The notes beneath the pieces were generated by a model. That model ran no database searches and was not told the origin of the DNA. It saw only the letters and a list, made by a program, of their open reading frames with translations. This document shows positions 1-12,559 of a DNA stretch of 64,000 bases, in pieces; position 1 is the stretch's first letter, and every line of letters starts with the position of its first letter. The stretch is taken from contig JARDVH010000059.1 of NCBI GenBank assembly GCA_030324005.1, forward strand, positions 68,891,383 through 68,955,382, written 5' to 3'. Position numbers and translations under genes: made by a program. This stretch comes from Negaprion brevirostris. Lineage: Eukaryota.

Positions 1-82
1 GCTTGATCTTGGGATTGGATATAGCTCAGCACAACATTGAGGGCTGAAGGGCCTGTATGTTGCTGTAATGTTCTATGTTTCT
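1..82 (+). mobile_element. CR1/HER1-type LINE 3' terminus
   Basis: gggctgaagggcctgtatgttgctgtaatgttctatg tail matches the LINE tails at 34010-34055 and 55320-55368. Confidence 0.75.
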
Positions 83-471
83 ACATTTTGGGAGAATCGC
101 TAATCTCTGTTTTTTTCACATTTCTCAGTGATTTCTCAGCAATGCCATAATGCCAAATCATTTTTAATGTGCATTTTTGTTACAGATCACTGTTGTTACA
201 GGAACAAGCTTTTAATGCCTGTGTTAAAGTGTCCAGTGTGTAAAATGACCATCATCATTCAGAAACTGGCTGTGAAGACAATCCTTATATTTTTATCAGA
301 ATGTTGACAACACTGCATTTATTGCCCTCTCTGAGTTGCACTTAGGGCTGGCATCTTTTACCACTGCAGTACTTGAGTTTTATTTACAATGGACAGGCTT
401 CAGATTCTGTGCAATTTAAAAATCGCAATTGGACCAGGTAAGGACAACATGGTCTCTGTGACATTTTAGTG

Positions 472-658
472 ACTAAGAAGTCTGACAACACCAGGTTTAA
501 GACCAACCGATTTATTTGATAGTAAACTCACAAGCTTTCGAGGTTCCCCTCTTCGNNNNNNNNNNNNNNNNNNNNNNNNNNNNNNNNNNNNNNNNNNNNN
601 NNNNNNNNNNNNNNNNNNNNNNNNNNNNNNNNNNNNNNNNNNNNNNNNNNNNNNNTCA
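472..658 (-). mobile_element. Penelope-like element 3' end with hammerhead-like motif, interrupted by a 100-N gap
   Basis: Reverse complement (cgaagaggggaacctcgaaagcttgtgag...cctggtgttgtcagacttcttagt) matches the 3' end of the 16.56-18.09 kb element. Flanked by a 13-bp direct repeat tgaca(t/g)tttagtg at 459-471 and 659-671. Confidence 0.8.
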
Positions 659-2376
659 TGACAGTTTAGTGAACCAGATTCTAATGGTAGAGCTTTCATA
701 GTTATAGCCCACATATTTTATACATTATTAAATATAATTTCACAACAGGATTTTGAACTAAAGAACTCCAGATTGCTAGTCTAGCATTGTAACTACTATC
801 CTATTAACAATAGTTAAATACTAAGAACAAGATCATAGATTTGTGTCACAGGTGTGCAAGAGAAGTCTTTGTTGTTGGTCTCTTTGTTGCAGTGCCACTA
901 TTTGATGTTGCATCATATGCCTGCAGAAAAATGTCTCCACATGCAAAACAGCTAAGAAATATGGAACAAGGGCTTAGTAATGACATGTCTCAAATTCCAA
1001 ACAACTGCACCTGGTGGAAAAACAGAAAGATGTATATTGGCAAATCTTCCACTAACGTTGGAAATAACACAAACAGATGGTTGCCAATGCTGAGGTATTG
1101 AAATGCTTAAAGGGCATGGTACATAATATTAGTGGCAGGTACAATGATGGAGTTGATCTAAAGTACAATGAGTTCTTACATTTTGCCTTGGCTGCTGATC
1201 ACAAGCGCTGAAGTTAAACAATCATTTTGCGCTAATAGGTAATGTTTACAGACAAGAATTTTAATTTTTTTACATATTTTCTCAATTTTTAGTTACTTGT
1301 CCCCTCATTAGGACCTGGCAGGAGTAACACTCAGCATCTCTGTTAGTTGTAGGAAACACATTGGACACATCCACAAATACACATCCTTATCCCCTATTTT
1401 TTCTGACGGAGTACCTTGCCTTCTTCCTGGCCATCTGCCATGGAGAATTAACAAACTAAAAAAATCTGTCAATCTGCTGGTGATGCCAAATTAATATAAT
1501 GTACGATTAGTACTGAAAAGCGGTATCATATCACTTTTTCACAAAATATTTCTATGATGGGATAAGCCATGAGACATTGTACCATGCTTCTACATTTCTA
1601 GAAATTTCTGCTGCTTCCCAAATGCTGACATAATGAAAATTCATGCAGATGCTTTAGGAATACCTTTACCAAGCCTGTGCTATCACAGCAAAAAAGCTGC
1701 AAAAACCTTCTAGAATGGTAATTATGATCCCTGTGTTTTGATGCATATCAGAATCAGAAAGTTATTCCATCACTTTCAGACTCATTATAATTGAAAACCA
1801 TTACCATTATTCATTTTATAAATGCAATAACTTATTGAAATCTGTCCCAGTAATTAGGATTAAATGATACATCTTACTTATTAAGCTGCATCTAATTGCA
1901 TGGGATGAAGTAGAATTTTATGGTAGCTGTTAATTTTCTGCTAGTAATAACTGATCACAGTGGCTATGGTAGGATAATGTCCTGGATAATCTAGCAAAGT
2001 AATTTTGATTGCAGTGACAAGGTGAATTCACTAAATACTTCCACTGATTTTTCTTAGCGTACAAAAACAATGCAAATAATCACCAGAATTCTTTTCTTCT
2101 CATTAAATGCACACAGCAAATTTAAAAATGAAGGGTATTTGCTAATTAGCCATGCAACATGATGAATACCATAGACATTGAAGATATAAGTTGACCTTTG
2201 AACCTCATAAAATCCCTCCAAATATGGGCCTAAACTTATATGCTGAGTATTAAAGTGAAACGTCAGCATGGTTACCATTTTGAACTGCCATTGGCATCCA
2301 ACGTGAAGCATGCACATGTCTTAAACTTCTGCGCATCTTTACAACACAGCCCTATCACCTGCTTGAATCTTTGCAC

Positions 2377-2414
2377 AGCAAGAAGTCTCACAACACCAGG
2401 TTAAATCCATACCA
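2377..2414 (-). mobile_element. Ultra-short (~38 bp) 5'-truncated Penelope-like insertion
   Basis: aagaagtctcacaacaccaggttaaatcca is the terminal sequence of the PLE family. Imperfect TSD tgaatctttgca / tgaacttttgca at 2364-2375 and 2415-2426. Confidence 0.65.
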
Positions 2415-3849
2415 TGAACTTTTGCATGCAGTTATAAGATGCTAAGTTAAATATGCATTGTGGGTGTGAAATGCAGGCTGATGACTAATGCAAGTAAAGC
2501 ATACCATGGCTGAAAAGGGGATGGGGGGGGTTGGTGTCAACTAATATACTGGGTATATGGAAAAGCATGATTTTGGGACTGTAAAAATTGAATTGCCTTA
2601 TAGACTGGATCAACTTACATATTACAATTTACAGTAATTTTCCTCGCAGGATGACCATAGATCATCATTTATAAGTTATCCTTTCAGCCTCACATATTTA
2701 CTGAAAATCATGGCGGGTGTTGACTTTTGCCCCATATAATGGATATTGGGCACAATGTTGTGTAAACATATTGGAATTCAGCGAGGAAGGAGTCTTTTGT
2801 GAATCAGCACAGATACAGCTACTTGCTTTAAAAGCCAAAATATGGAATATACTTTAGTTAATGTTAAGTTTTATCTTTAAAAGAGGCAAATATTTTGGTA
2901 TAAATCAGCCTTTGAAAACAGCTCACATTTTCTAGGTAAGAATCCGGGGGAGGAAGTCAGCTATTGTTGAATTTAACTTACAAATTGTGCAGCAAAAGCT
3001 CTTACCTGGCTGCTCAATGTCTCACTTTCATTTGGTACATAGCTTTTTAAATACTTTCTTCCAAACATTGTTGAAAACAACATAAATTGGAAAGCAACGT
3101 TGCTATTGTCGCATTTTCTAATTACCTTCTAAATAATGTTTCCTTCATCCAAGCTTTTAAATTGCTGACAGTGTGCAATGGATTCAAACTTGGGCAGTAT
3201 TAAGGATAGAATACATTTGAGTTTTCCCAGGAAGTTGTTGCAGAAAAAGAAAATGTTGAACATACAAAAGGTTTGAAAGATTGAGAAATGAAGAGAGAGA
3301 AGCGATGGAACATACAAAAAGGAGAGACCTTCAACACTAGACTAATAGGGGTTAGGTTACATATAGGTAACAGATAGACAGCAAATTATCTTGAGAGATC
3401 CTTAGGGTACATACCTTGGGTGACCCCTGACTTTGCCCACTCTTTATGATCAGGGGTATGAGCATAAGTCTGGAGGGGGCCATGCAATTAATACCACATT
3501 GCCTCAAAATTTTGCTACTAGACTTGTCATAATGCTACTGGCCTAAAGAACTGGTGGAAAAAAAAAATTGTTTAGTTTTTGTACTTCATTTGATCACATG
3601 CATCCTTGTGACTAGAGTTATGGGGGTTGCAGATGTGAGAATGATATTTTAATGCCACTCCTCCATTTGCAGGCATTGCTTCAGAGGGAGCTATAACATT
3701 GTCAGGAATTCTGGTGGGTGATGTTTTTCTTCCTGTTTTGTCTTCCTTTAATATCGTTTGGGAGGTGTCGGCTGTTTATCCTGTAGAATGTCTCCACACC
3801 CACTGCCCCACCACCCCCCACCCTCTCCACGTTTGCCACCCCACCAAGA

Positions 3850-4122
3850 CACCCCTAGCACAAAGCAGCAGATACATTGGAACACCTCCACCTGCAAGTT
3901 ACCCTCCAAGCCACCCACCATCCTGACTTGGAAATGTATTGCCGTTCCTTCGCAGTTGCTGGGTCAAAATCCTGGGATTCTCTTGCTAAAGGCATTGTGG
4001 ATCAACCCACAGCACATGGACTGCAACAATTCAAGAAGGCAGCTTGCCACCACCTTCTCAAGGGCAGCTAGGAATGGGCAATAAATGCTGGCCAGCCATG
4101 TCCCATGAATGAATAAAAAAAA
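3850..4122 (+). mobile_element. CR1-group LINE 3' end (A-tailed family)
   Basis: ORF2 C-terminal relic (SFAVAGSKSWDSL...QQFKKAACHHLLKG), then gggcaataaatgctggcc and tgaatgaataaaaaaa tail. Confidence 0.75.
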
Positions 4123-4724
4123 TTGAATGAGGTAGAAACCCAACATCAGGCACTCCTGAGTAGCTTCCACACCTGCCGAATGCAGGCCATACCTGGAAAT
4201 GCCCAAATAACTCCTTCTTCAACCCCAATAATGCAACATGATTTAAATTGATTCAATCGACTTCCTACTAATAGCTATTTTTAGCTTGCAAACTGATTTA
4301 AGCCCATTTTAAATAATGTATTATGGATTGATATTACTTAATGAACATTAACAGCTTTTGAATGACATTAAATCGATGAAAACACTCTAATAATATACTA
4401 TAATCAGCTCTGCCCTCCCCTTTATTCTGTTTCTGCAGGTTCACTAGATTTCTAGCATCTTAAAATGTGACTTGTCTATCTGTGCTCAGAATGTGATAGA
4501 TATAAGTAAATGGGGAACTATCAAAGCGATCACAAAATACATGAGGCAGATATTGCATTCACTCTGCCAATCACCTTCCTCCTATACAGTGGAGATGATG
4601 AGTAAATTATTGTCTTGACATATTTTGCCATTATTGAGGCCTATCCCTTCTCCTGCTGTGTCTTTTGATAAGATGTTATGATGTTTGAAAATCTTATTCC
4701 TTGGTTATTCTCATTCAATGACAA

Positions 4725-5140
4725 CTTTCTGGCAGCTGGTCTGGAGACTTGTGCATCTTTAGTCAATTTGTTCTTGTACAGCTACAACGTGGGCATCTAC
4801 CCAACAACGTGGAAAATTGCCTACAAAAAGCAGAACAAATCCAACCCGGCTAATTATCAGACTATTCTTAATCATCAGCAAAGTGATGGAAGGTGTTGCC
4901 GACAGTATTATTAAGTGGCACTTTCTCAGAAATTACCTGCTCAGCTTTAGTTCAAACATGGACAAAAGAGTCAACTCAAGAGGTGAGAATGTCTGCCAGA
5001 CAGCATTTGACCGAGTGTGGCAACAAGGAGACCCAGTAGAATTGAAGCCAATGGGAAATCAGATTGGCATCATATCTTACACAAAAGTTGTGATTGTTTG
5101 AGTTCAATTATTTCAGTCCCAGGCCATCACAGCAGGTGAT
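4725..5140 (+). mobile_element. CR1-group LINE reverse transcriptase fragment (decayed)
   Basis: Motifs GIYPTTWKIA, KSNPANY, IISKVMEG and AFDRVW across frameshifts. Confidence 0.75.
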
Positions 5141-5145
5141 TATAC

Positions 5146-5340
5146 AAAGAACAAAGAACAGCCCAGCACGGGAAACAGGCCCTTCGGCCCAACGAGCCCA
5201 TGCCGCCGCATCCTCCTACCTACCCTACCCTGTGTGTATGTGAGTGGATCCCCTAATTTAGCCAGATTCAGGGGAGAATAGTGTCAATTTGGTACACCAA
5301 TCAGNNNNNNNNNNNNNNNNNNNNNNNNNNNNNNNNCCCA
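5146..5340 (-). mobile_element. Young CR1-tail element 3' end, (TTCTTTG)n tail
   Basis: acaaagaacaaagaaca-cagcacgggaaacaggcccttcggcccaacgagcc, shared with copies at 23966 and 28110. Confidence 0.7.
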
Positions 5341-6202
5341 TTCAAATTTTCCCCATCCCTCCTATACAGTTGCCCTTCTCTCACAAATACTTCCCAGTGG
5401 TCTACAAAAGTAATACCTCCCAGTGGTCTACAAAAGTAAGATTATGTACCATTATGTGCCACTCAGAACCAGGAGTGCTCTTTGTTGAATAGAAAAGCCT
5501 CCATAGGTCTGAACCTAATCCTTAAAGTCAGCAAAGGCAATGAACAAGAAGAAGAAAACTTCCAAAACTCTTCAAATGCAGAAAGGGGCATGTGGACATG
5601 AGACTGCACCTGATTCAGACGTAAATTGAGTGAGGTGTTGTGTTTGGTTTTAATGGGAATCATGGTGCAGAGGGGAAAAAAGGTGCTTCTTTTTCTACTT
5701 TCTTTCAGTCGTCAGTGGCTGATAAGTTTCCTTCCTTGTCTCCAAGCTGAGTGCAATTTTTTATTATTTTATCTGTCAAGTAAATATTAACTAATTGTCC
5801 AATTAAATGAATAAGGTTAGAGAGAAATAATAGGCTGCTGGTGTGCCATGACTGCTGGACTTGGGAATGTGTGGGATACACTGCAATACCAGACAAACAT
5901 ATCTGGAGAACGTGTCTGCAGCTAAGGCAACTTCAGCTTCGAGTTGCTGAGCTGGAGTCTGAGTTGTGGACTTTGTGAAACAGAGTTACCGAGACACTTT
6001 TTTCTTGGAGGCAGTCACTGCCCTTAGGTTAGGCAGAACCCAGCTATGATCAGTGGTCAGTGGAGTCTTATTGTGAGTCAGGCAGGTAAGGGGAACCAGC
6101 AAGTAGTGGTGGCGGAGCCTCAGTCCCTGACTTTGTCCAACAAATACAAAGTACTTGCTTCCTGCATGGATGGGGAAGATTGACTGTGGTACTATGCTGA
6201 AA

Positions 6203-6552
6203 GGGGTGGCACAGTAGCACAGTGATTAGCACTGCTGCCTCACAGCTCCAGGGACCTGGGTTCGATTCCTGGCTTGGATCACTGTTTATGTGGAGTTCTC
6301 ACATTCTCCCTGTGTCTACATGGTACTCCAGTTTCCTCCCACAGTCCAAAGATGTGTCAGTTACGTGCATCGGCCATTCTAAATTGTCTGTTAGTGTCAC
6401 AGGATGTGTAGGTTAGAGGGATTAGTGGGGTAAATGTGTGGAATTATGGGGATAGGGCCTCGGTGGGATTGTGGTGGGTGCAGATGCGATGGGCTGAATG
6501 GCCGTCTTCTGCTCTGTATGGATTCTATGATTCTATGAATTCTATGATTCTA
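6203..6552 (+). mobile_element. tRNA-derived V-SINE (HE1-like)
   Basis: A-box-like tggcacagtagcacagtg, B box ggttcgattcc, V-domain tccagtttcctcccacagtccaaagatgtg, LINE-type tail with (gattctat)n. Confidence 0.9.
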
Positions 6553-6769
6553 AGTGGGGAAGCGAAGAGGAATATGCTAGTGATAGTATAGTGACAGTAT
6601 AGTCAGAAGGACAGGTACTGTTCTCAACGGTCACAAGCCCGATTCTAGATAGATTGGTGTGGGAGGAATGGGCTTCAGTTCAAGGGATACTGGCATTAGT
6701 ACTGGGGAGGGAAGGAACTGTATCGCTGGGATGGCCTGACCTGAACCATGCTGGGATCTGGCAAACCAT

Positions 6770-6895
6770 GGCTGGAATTTTACTGGCACGCCCACCCAAT
6801 TCCAGGGGCGGGTGAGGATCGGAGAATAGCGTTCTCCGTTGGCCTCGGGCGGGATCGTATGGAGCTTGGGTGGACATGCCAATAAAATTCCAACC
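6770..6895. mobile_element. PIF/Harbinger-type MITE (126 bp)
   Basis: ~29-bp TIRs ggctggaattttactggcacgcccaccca / tgggtggacatgccaataaaattccaacc. 3-bp TSD CAT at 6767-6769 and 6896-6898. Confidence 0.85.
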
Positions 6896-9367
6896 CATAT
6901 AACTAGTATGGTAGAGAAAGCTTTAAAGTAAGCATAGATGACTTGATAGGCATTATAGAGAATGGTTAAAAGATGAGCAATGCTGGGAACTGAACATTAC
7001 ATATCAGAATGAAGAGCACTAGGAAAAGGTGGCAGGATGACTCTGTTATGTAATAGTGACATTAGTTCAGTACTCGGAGACAACCTTAGCTTGAAAGATC
7101 AAAATGTAGAATCAGCTTGGGTTGAGATAAGACATAGTAAAGATAAGAGATCGCTTGTGGCAGTAGTTTATAGGTCTCCTAATAATAGTTGCACTAGAAA
7201 GAGCATACATGAGGAAATAAATGAAGTATGTAAAAAAGATACAGTGATAATCATAGGTGACTTTATTGTACATGTAGATTGGGAAATTCAGATTGGCATA
7301 CACAGGCTGGAAAATTAATACTTGGAGTGTTTTTGGGACAATTTTGTAGAGTGGTACATTCAAGAGATCAGACTATCGCCGACCTGGGAATGTGCAATGA
7401 GGTAGGATAAATTTATAACCTCATTGTAAAGGAGCCTCTCTGTGACAATGATTACAACATGATAGAATTTCATGTTCAGTTTGAAAATTGCGAAGTTGTG
7501 TGTCCATGACACATGTTTTAAACTAAAATAAAGGTATTTATGAGAGTGTGAAGGCAGAGTTGGTTAATGTGAATTGGGAAACTAGGTTAAAAGATAGCAT
7601 AGTAGAGTTGCAGTAGCAGACTTTTAAGGAAATACTTAATAAGCCTCAGAAAAAACAATTCCAATGAGGAAGAAAGGCTCTTCATTTGTCGCTAAATAAG
7701 GAAGATAAAGATAGTTTAATATTGAAAGAAGCACCGTTCGAAGTTCCAAAGATTAATGGTAAATCATAGGATTGGACAGATTTTCAGATCCAGCAAAAAG
7801 TGACTAAAAAGATAATAAAGAAGTAAAAAGTGGAGCATGAGGGAAAGTTAGCGAGTAATATAAAAACTGATAGCAAAAGTTTGTACAAGTATTTGAACAT
7901 GAAAGGGGTAACTAAAGCAAGCATTGGTCCTCCAGTGAGTGACCTTGGGGAATTGATAATGGAAAGCAAAGACATGGTGGAAGTTTTGAACAGGTATTTT
8001 ATGCCTATCTTCATGGTAGAGGACTTAGAAAACGCTCAAAGATTCTTGAAAATCAAGAAGCAATCGAGAGGAATGAAATTAATGTAATCACCATCACCAA
8101 GGATAAAGTGCCAGGAAAACTATTAGATCTAAATGGCATGAGGAATAGAAAGACAGTATACTATTTAAATGGCAAAAGATTATAGAACTCTGAGGTACAG
8201 AGGGATCTGGGTGTCCTGGTATATGAATCACAAAAGGTTAGTATGCAGGTACAGCAGATGATTAATGGAATGTTAGCATTTATTGCAAGAGAAATGGAAT
8301 ATAAAAGTAGGGAAGTTTCACTACACCCGTATAGGGCTTTGGTGAAACCACATCTGGAGTACATGTGCAGTTTTGGTCTTACTTAAAAAGATATATATTT
8401 GCTCTAGAAACAATTTAAAGAAGGTTAACTGACTCATTCCTGGGATGAAGAGATTGTCTTCTGAAGTTGAACAGGTTAGACCTACATCCATTGTTGGTTG
8501 TGTGGGAGGTGATCTTATTGAAGCATATAAGTTCCTGAGGGGACTTGACAGGGTGGATGGATGGAGGATGTTTCCTGAGTGTGCCCAGAGCACTTCTACT
8601 CACAACCAATGTTTCCTCCACATGCAGCATCACTCCCTGTAAACTTCAACATGTGTAACCAACTCCTACAAGCACTTACACAAACTCAAACAGAGCCAGA
8701 AGAAAGTAATAAGCAACTAACCTGTAAGCTGTTAATGAACTCTTTAAATAATGCTGGTGAGGGTCCTCCCTGAACTGTGCGCAAGAGTGTCTGTCTAATG
8801 AGAGCAGTGAGATCCAAAATGGAAATGATGGCATTGAATTAGCAATAGATATTGACTGATAATTTACCTACTCTATTCTTTGGGCACCAAAACTACTGAC
8901 TCCTCAGAGCTGAATTTTGCAGCTTTTGTGTCTTATACATTTGCTTAATCTCTTGGTTAAGTGATATTACAGAAAGAAAGATTTGCTCATTAAAAGTGAA
9001 AACAGACCAGCTGAAACACAAGACCAACCATTTTGAAGAATTCAAGCAGCAAAACATTTGGATTCTCTATAAGTCGAAGTTATCCATGCTGCCTCTATGA
9101 AATGATTCAAACAGGAGTAACTGTCTCTGGAATAACTCCAGCAAATGCAACTTGTAATAGAATTTAAATCAGGAGGAATCCTACTCTGTGAAAGATCAGC
9201 ACCATTTCTTGCTTGGTTGGATAGACAATGCTATTTAAATTGGCTGTCCTGCTTATGTGTACACTATTTCCTATCTGAAGCCTGAAGCAGTAACTATCTG
9301 AACATTAAACATGCTCATTGCACTTTGGAAATACAATGTGGCAAAATTTGGTATATAACTTGTTACA

Positions 9368-9390
9368 GTCTCTCTCTCTCTCTCTCTCTC
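9368..9390. repeat. (TC)n microsatellite
   Basis: Direct reading of the sequence. Confidence 0.95.
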
Positions 9391-9902
9391 AATTTGTATC
9401 ATGTGTTTATGTGGTTTAACATAGAATTTCAAATTATACATATGTAAGAACATGAAAATGTTTGGAATAAGAAGCACATTTGCGTCACCAAGCTTGCCCA
9501 TTCTAACAAATTTGGTATAATGTGTCAACCTGATGTTGTCAGACTTTTTACCCAGTTGTCAGTTAGCAGAACATTTATTTCTGTTGTGTTTTCCTGTTGC
9601 TAGAGGTTTGAACTAATTATACTTTTGTACTCAAGCATATAACTGAGCATCATCAAGTGTATTTCTTATAGCTCTCTATGTGGTCAGTGGACATGATACC
9701 TTATTGCTCAGCACCTGACTGCAGAAAAGCACTAGATAAGGCACACGACATGTACATTTTCACAACAATTAGTTCTTCTTTCTCAATGAATAATACAATA
9801 ATCAAACAGGTTCTGTATTATAAGTCTATGGAAGGGATTTTCCCACATACTTCAGGCACGAAAGAGTCTCTGAGATGGCTAAGATGTAGTCTTATGCTTA
9901 TT

Positions 9903-10208
9903 CAGAACCAGGGTCATAGTCTGAGGATTTAGGGTAGACCATTTAGGACAGAGATGAGGAGACATTTTTTCACCCAAAGAGTGGTGACCCTGTGGAATTC
10001 AATACCACAGGGAGTAGTTGATGCCAAAACATTGAATGTATTCAACAGGTGGCTGGATATAGCATTTGGAACGAATGGGATCAAAGATTATGGGGAGAAA
10101 ACAGGATTAGGCTATTGAGTTGGATGATCAGCCATGATTGTGATAAATGGCAGAGTAGGCTTGGAGGCCAAATGGCCCCCTCCTGCTCCTATCTCCTATG
10201 TTTCTATG
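9903..10208 (+). mobile_element. CR1 LINE 3' end
   Basis: RGHS...FRTEMRRHFFTQRVVTLWNS relic followed by ggccaaatggccccctcctgctcctat-ctatg tail. Confidence 0.85.
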
Positions 10209-10724
10209 CAAATGCAAGTTTAGCCTTTAGTTGGCACAAGACATCACTTTGGTGAAGGAGTTAAAGCTTGCACTAAGAACATTTGCCCAGTGGATCGCTA
10301 AAGGGATGATTGACATTTATATTGCCTTCCAGTGCTCATTAATGAGTTTGCGTGGCATTTTGATGAATAGTACTTGACTTAATGCCAATTACCAGCTGAC
10401 TGGGGACAAAATTAGTAATTGCACAGGATTTTGAAAATTACTTGAAGGTAAATCATCTTTTACTGTTCACTTGCTGCCGGAGGTTTGATGAAGACATTTG
10501 GAACTCATAAGGAGATTTTCTAGGACAACTTGTCAAGACTTTACCAGCACTTTTTCCCAACACTTCTTGAAACTAGCCTGCACTTCTAATAGTCGAGGTG
10601 GATTATAGCTACTAGTAAATCCACAATTTAATCTGACCTGGGAAAGACATCAGAATGGCACATCATGAAAGAGCATGGGACCTAAGTTGTTGTAATGTAC
10701 TGAGTGTAGTTTGATAGACCTTAT

Positions 10725-11163
10725 CATAGTATTCATAGTCTTGGGTAANNNNNNNNNNNNNNNNNNNNNNNNNNNNNNNNNNNNNNNNNNNNNNNNNNNN
10801 NNNNNNNNNNNNNNNNNNNNNNNNNNNNNNNNNNNNNNNNNNNNNNNNNNNNNNNNNNNNNNNNNNNNNNNNNNNNNNNNNNNNNNNNNNNNNNNNNNNN
10901 NNNNNNNNNNNNNNNNNNNNNNNNNNNNNNNNNNNGTGGCAATGAATTCCATAGATTCACCACCCTCTGGCTGAAGAAATTCCTCTGTATCTTGATTCTA
11001 AAGGTTGCCCCTTTACTCGGATCCTAGCCTCTCCTACTAATGGACACATCTTCCCCACGCCCACTCTATCCAGGCCTTTCAGTATTCTGTAAATTTCAAT
11101 GAGATCCCCTCTCCTCCTTCTAAACTCCATCGAGTACAGATCCAGAGTCCTCAAATGCTCCTA
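10725..11163 (-). mobile_element. CR1 LINE 3' end (gap inside)
   Basis: Minus-strand LYSMEFRRRRGDLIEIYRILKGLDRV and VVNLWNSLP. Confidence 0.85.
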
Positions 11164-11436
11164 CTAGAAACTATACACATAGCTAAGTAAAGGTCAAAGC
11201 TGGGAACTGTCTCCATGCAGTCTTCTACACATGTTTATGTCAATGCTACACTGAACCTTAGGTGCAGGTTATGTGTTCCTTTACATCACTGTGTGGACAT
11301 TACAATACTCAGTCCCACATTAACCCTTTGTGTGTGGTGAGCTGACCCATGACTTCCAGGATTGTTACAGAAATATTTATATTTTTTCATGAACACGGAT
11401 AAAAAATTGAAATGTGGAAGCCAAGTTTAAGCCTAG

Positions 11437-12210
11437 CCAGACTCTGCAATTTGTAAACCTGCAGAGTTGGAAGACAGTTTTCATGATAGTTTTCATGCAG
11501 CCAGGCCTTGGACAATCAACTTTCATTTGAAACCAGACACGCCGGAACTACCTGGCCAGGTGCTAACAGCCACAGAATGAACCACTGTTTACACCGCCAG
11601 TGAATTGGCTTTGTTGGAAGAACTCTACACAGACGTGGTGGCACCCAGTTCAGGAGGCAGCCAATAGCATAATATGACAAGGATTGGATACAGGACACAA
11701 AATCTTAGAGAAGGGTGTGAAGAGGGCAACCTGGAGCCCTATGTCTCTCTCCCTACCTTTTCACATTTTTTTCAATGGCATTTCCAGACAGCACCTTCGA
11801 CTGGCAGCCAAGCAGGACAGACTGTCCATCCCCTTGTACCTCGTAACGAGTATTATCAGATGGACCAGATTGAGAAGGCCACCCTGGTGAGAGGACTTGA
11901 AGATCAGAACCAGCCAACTAACTTGAAGTTGGTTTTCCAGTCAGTAATGTACCAGAATGTGCTCTCCATGGATGGGAGAAAAGTTGAGTTGATTCAGAGT
12001 GCAGATTCAGGAACAAGGAACTGAGATATTGGCGGATGAGAGCAAATACGGAACCCTCTGAAACAATCAGAGAGGAACTGCCTGGAAATGTGGAAGTGGA
12101 ATGACGCATTCACAAATAAAACATTTTTAATACATAGGAAGAATTGTCACCCTTATTTTAGAATATTATCTTTCCTTAACAGAGCTATAGGAAGGGTTGA
12201 TCATTGGGCA
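11437..12210 (+). pseudogene. Decayed coding-like frame with an atypical homeodomain-like pattern; origin unknown
   Basis: Frame +1 runs ~250 codons with only 4 stops (TGA/TAG). Contains (R)TTVYTASELALLEELYTDVVAPS...VSLPTFSHFF. No TE motifs recognised. Confidence 0.3.
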
Positions 12211-12559
12211 TAGTCTACATTCAGAGAAAATGTATCACTCTAACATAAGAGCTTTAGCTCACATGATGTCTGGTCCTGAATATTTGAGACTCTTTCAGAA
12301 TCACTGACATGGAAACATAGTCTGATCATGAGATGAATGTAAATCTACAATCTCAGTCTTGATATGACTCTGAATTGGCTGTAACTTATTTGACATAAAT
12401 AATTATTCAGGATGAATAATGTCTCACGCATGAACAATTTTCCTTCATGCTGATCTTCGAATTTAGCTCTCATCCTTATTGTAAACCTTCAAATCTTCAA
12501 AGGCCTGACAAGTATTATTGATGAGATCATCATGTGATCTACTGAAAAATAGCTCAGGG

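Larger units (their letters stand above)
5830..8580 (+). mobile_element. Decayed CR1 LINE: ORF1 (zinc finger/leucine zipper, esterase) plus ORF2 endonuclease and C-terminus; RT core deleted near 8135
   Basis: ORF1 relics CHDCWTWE...CLQLRQLQLRVAELESEL, LSNKYKVL and DSIVR. Endonuclease relic VESAWVEIR...VVYRSPN...IIGDF. Later LASNIKTDSKSLYKY, RDLGVLV, LVKPHLEY and GDLIEAYK. Interrupted by a SINE and a MITE. Confidence 0.85.

Noticed and set aside
841-1101. 86-aa ORF with a possible acceptor at ~890 and a weak donor at ~1095
   Set aside because: No recognisable protein motif, weak donor and no supporting neighbouring exons
3006-3128. Minus-strand open frame ending in CAG|GTAAG (KVIRKCDNS...TLSSQ)
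   Set aside because: Acceptor lacks a pyrimidine tract and the peptide is unrecognised
4420-4510. Strong plus-strand splice acceptor (ttctgtttctgcag)
   Set aside because: All three frames hit stops within a few codons
6203-6280. tRNA gene
   Set aside because: A/B boxes belong to the SINE head; no cloverleaf, and it continues into a V-domain and LINE tail
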